Below are positions 60,900 to 64,000 of a stretch of 64,000 nucleotides of DNA, in pieces. Numbering within the stretch: position 1 is the stretch's first letter; every line of letters starts with the position of its first letter. Origin of the DNA: the human T2T-CHM13v2.0 reference genome, Homo sapiens; NCBI RefSeq assembly GCF_009914755.1, contig NC_060929.1, one strand, 5' to 3'. The position numbers and the translations under genes were made by a program. Below the pieces are notes generated by a model. It saw only the letters and a program-made list of their open reading frames with translations. It was not told where the DNA came from and did no database searches.

Positions 60900-63800
60900 T
60901 TAGCACAGTAAAGATGGCCACAGATTCTTTGACATACATGTCAAGGAGAGAGGAGTTTAATTTCTCTCTCTTTGGACATAGACTGTCTTTTGTGAATTGC
61001 TTTGCTAATAGAATATGTCAGAAGACATTTCCGAGGCTATGTCATAAAAATCCTTGCAACTTCTACCTGAATCTTTGGGAATGATTCCTACCAGAGACTA
61101 GAAACTATGCTGTAAGAAACTCAACCCATGAGAATAAACCAAGTACAGGCACTTTGTTAGACAGCCCTCGCTGAACTCCAAGACAACAGCCAGCCTTAAC
61201 CAACAGTCATGCAACAAGTCATCTTGAACACTCATTTAGGTCAGCCAAGCCTTTTAGTAACTCCAGGTGCAGCCAACAACTGACTTCAACTGTATGAGAA
61301 ATTCCAAATAAAAATTACTCCACAGAGCCTAATCAACCCACAGAATCATGAGACTTTGATGTGTTTTGTTACATGGGTATAGGTAACCAGGTCAAAATGG
61401 GTGACCTGGAAATGTGATGTTATCATGACAAAAATTTAAAATATATGATATTGGCTTTGAGACCACATGAGGGGCAGAAGCTAGAAGGGCCTTGAGGAAA
61501 TTGCTAGTAAGGACTTGAAGATTATTGCTTGAGGAAATTGCTAGTAAGGAAAAGATTATCTGTGACTAGAAAAAAAGTCACCCAAGTTATATAATGACAG
61601 AAGAGTTAGTAAAACTGTTGATTTATATAATAAGGAACACAGAATGAGTACATAATGATCTCCATGATCTGGTTATAGAGATCTCCAGGCAGATATTAAA
61701 AGTGCCAATTGGCTTGCGAAAAGGCAGAAAAATACTAAAGAGATAATTACTTAGTTTTGGGCACCATTTGGAGGAAATGGAAACGAGACAGAAATTGCTA
61801 GGTTTAAAAATAAAACAGCTTCTTCTCCACACTCTTTTCCTGCAAAAGACCTAAAGGAAAAAAAAATGGCCTCAGAGCAAATATAGGGTCAGGTGATACC
61901 AGGAAATTAGAGCTCCAGGGTATACATCACAATGGTGTAATTATAAGATCCTTTGTATGCCCTTATTAAGATTTAACAGCATAATTAATAGTTTTCAAAG
62001 AATGTCAATGATGTGAAACCTGCTTAGTCAGAAAAAAAAGGGTTTCTAAGAATCTCAAATGTATGCCCCATATAAACTTTCCTCAAACAAAATATTTTCA
62101 GAATTCTGAGTGACACTGTTTCTTAGCACACTGTTTAACAAGGAAATGTGGGTATGGCTTTTGTCAAATATAGTTGATACACTGAAGCTCACAATCGTTT
62201 TAATGAAATAATAACAGTGCAGATTTAAAGAGACAAAGTGGTACAAAATTTTAAAATGCCTGAAGGCTGCGACCTTCGGTGGTCAGACAATAGGCTAAGA
62301 AGTTTCTCAGTTGCAAGCCTTGACCTTCCCTTTTTAATAGAAAAAGATGAATAACCCACAAATTATTCAATTAAAAAGTGGGCAAAGGTCCTGAACAGAT
62401 ATTTCTCAAAAGAAGGCATACAAATGGCCTACAATATATGAAAAAATGCTCAACATCAATAATCATCAGGGAGATGCAAATCAAAACCATAATGACATAT
62501 CATGTCACTCCATCTAGAATGGCTATTATGAAAAAGACAAAAAATTTCAAATGCTGGCCAAGGTACAGAGAAAAGGGAACTCGTATACTGTTGTTGGGAA
62601 TGTAAACTAGTATAGCCATTTTGGTAAACAGTATGGTGGTTTCCCAAAAACTACACATAGAACTACCATATGATCCAGCAATCCCACTACTGGGTATTAA
62701 TTCAAAGGATATGGCATTAACATGTCGATAGGGTACTCCTTTCCCATGTTTATTGCAGCACTATTCACAATACCTAAAATATGGTATCCACCTAAATATC
62801 CATCAGCAAATGAATAAAGAAAATACTACTCAGTCATCAAAAAGAATGACATCCTGTAATTTGCAGCAACATGGATGAGCGTGGAGAACGTTATGTTAAG
62901 CAAAATACGTCAAGCACATAAAGATAAATATCACATGTTCTTATTCATATATAAGAGCTAAGAAAAAGTTTAAGCTGTTGGAAGTAGAGAGTAGAACTGT
63001 GGTTACTAGAGGCTGGAAAAGGTGGGAGAAGGGGAGTATGGGAACAGGTTGGTTAACGGGCATGAAATTACAGCTAGATAGGAGGGATGAGTTCTGGTTC
63101 TACAGCACCCTACAGTGGTTAACCATAGGTGATTGTGTATTTTGAAAAAGCTAGAAGAGAGGATTTTGAGTGTTCACAACACAAAAAAAATGATACATGT
63201 TTGAGGTGATGAATATGCTATTTTTTCTCTGATTTGATCATTACACATTGTATACATCTATGAAAATATCTCTCTGTATCCCTTAAATACATATAATTAT
63301 TACCTGTCAACTTAAAAGGAAAAAAATTAAATCACAAGAAATAATTTTCAGACAGTAGAACTACGATTTAATCAAGGAGCTGATATGCCTATCTGGATTT
63401 AAAATTGCTCTGGACCAGGGACAGTTCTATACTTTCCCTTCTTTTCCTCCCTTTATGGTTAGGAGTAAGTGCTGTGAGTATTCTATCTCTTTTTGCCATG
63501 TATGTTGAATTTTAGAGAACATTTATTTTTAGGTCGTAAGTCTTCAGCTTCACTTGCTCAAGCAACTGTACCTAAGGAACCTCCCTTATATCTATCTATA
63601 CCTTATTTAAATAACAAGATCCTGGACCTCATTTCTCAGTGTAACATTTTAAAGGGATAAATATTTCCAGGGTCTTGAAAGGGAAGAGTGTCTTTTGCAT
63701 GTGAGAATTATGTAAATAATAAATGGCCAGAGGGAAGAGAACCAAAGATGGCTACATGATCTTTGACTGTCCTCCCATTATGTCATAGGCTGAATTCACC

Positions 63801-64000
63801 TCCCCTTCATTCTCTGCTGGCCTTTTTGACCTGCTTCATGAATAGAATATGGCATAAGTGATATTCTGGACTTCCAAGGCAAAAACATTTTAAAAAAAGC
63901 CATGTAGCTTCTGCCTGTACCTCTTAAATTGTTCACAGTAGCAATGCTTCCTTTCCAAATCTAGATGTCATGTGGTGAAAATATCAAGCCACATGGAGAT
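60900..64000 (+). mobile_element. MLT1 (G/H-like) MaLR provirus: 5' LTR (~60900-61394), internal region, 3' LTR from ~63738 running off the window; interrupted by L1MA
   Basis: aaagatggccacagattctttgac at ~60910 and aaagatggctacatgatctttgac at ~63744; MaLR-int 3' motif tttgcatgtgagaa before the second LTR. Confidence 0.75.
62355..63326 (+). mobile_element. L1MA (about MA3/4) 3' fragment
   Basis: ORF2 peptide [17 protein letters not shown]; L1MA 3' UTR cagctagataggagg...gctagaagagaggattttgagtgttcacaacac. Confidence 0.9.

Overview
This is AT-rich, CpG-poor primate (most likely human or great-ape) intronic or intergenic DNA, dominated by transposable-element fossils. I cannot support any intact host protein-coding gene, RNA gene, CpG island or CRISPR array, and I see no evidence for a new biological system. 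The recognisable ORFs in the supplied track are LINE-1 ORF1/ORF2 remnants or Alu/LTR read-through, and the rest look like chance frames. The window holds about 10 primate L1PA/L1MA pieces, several old L1M/L2/MIR remnants, 8 Alus or Alu fragments, MaLR elements (THE1, MST, MLT1; three retain both LTRs plus internal sequence) and two class III (ERVL-like) retroviral fossils. The most notable observations are: (i) an orphan ~100-bp alpha-satellite fragment with an inverted, duplicated junction at 15.0 kb; (ii) a ~4-kb decayed ERVL-like gag-pro-RT-RNaseH-IN region on the minus strand that the ORF track misses; (iii) an L1 whose extreme 5' end is fused directly to the RT region between intact TSDs; (iv) a tail-less AluY with a TSD; (v) three 5'-inverted (twin-primed) L1s; and (vi) a few weak exon-like and enhancer-like signals in unique DNA. 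Subfamily names come from my recall of consensus sequences, not from an alignment. Boundaries of old repeats are approximate.
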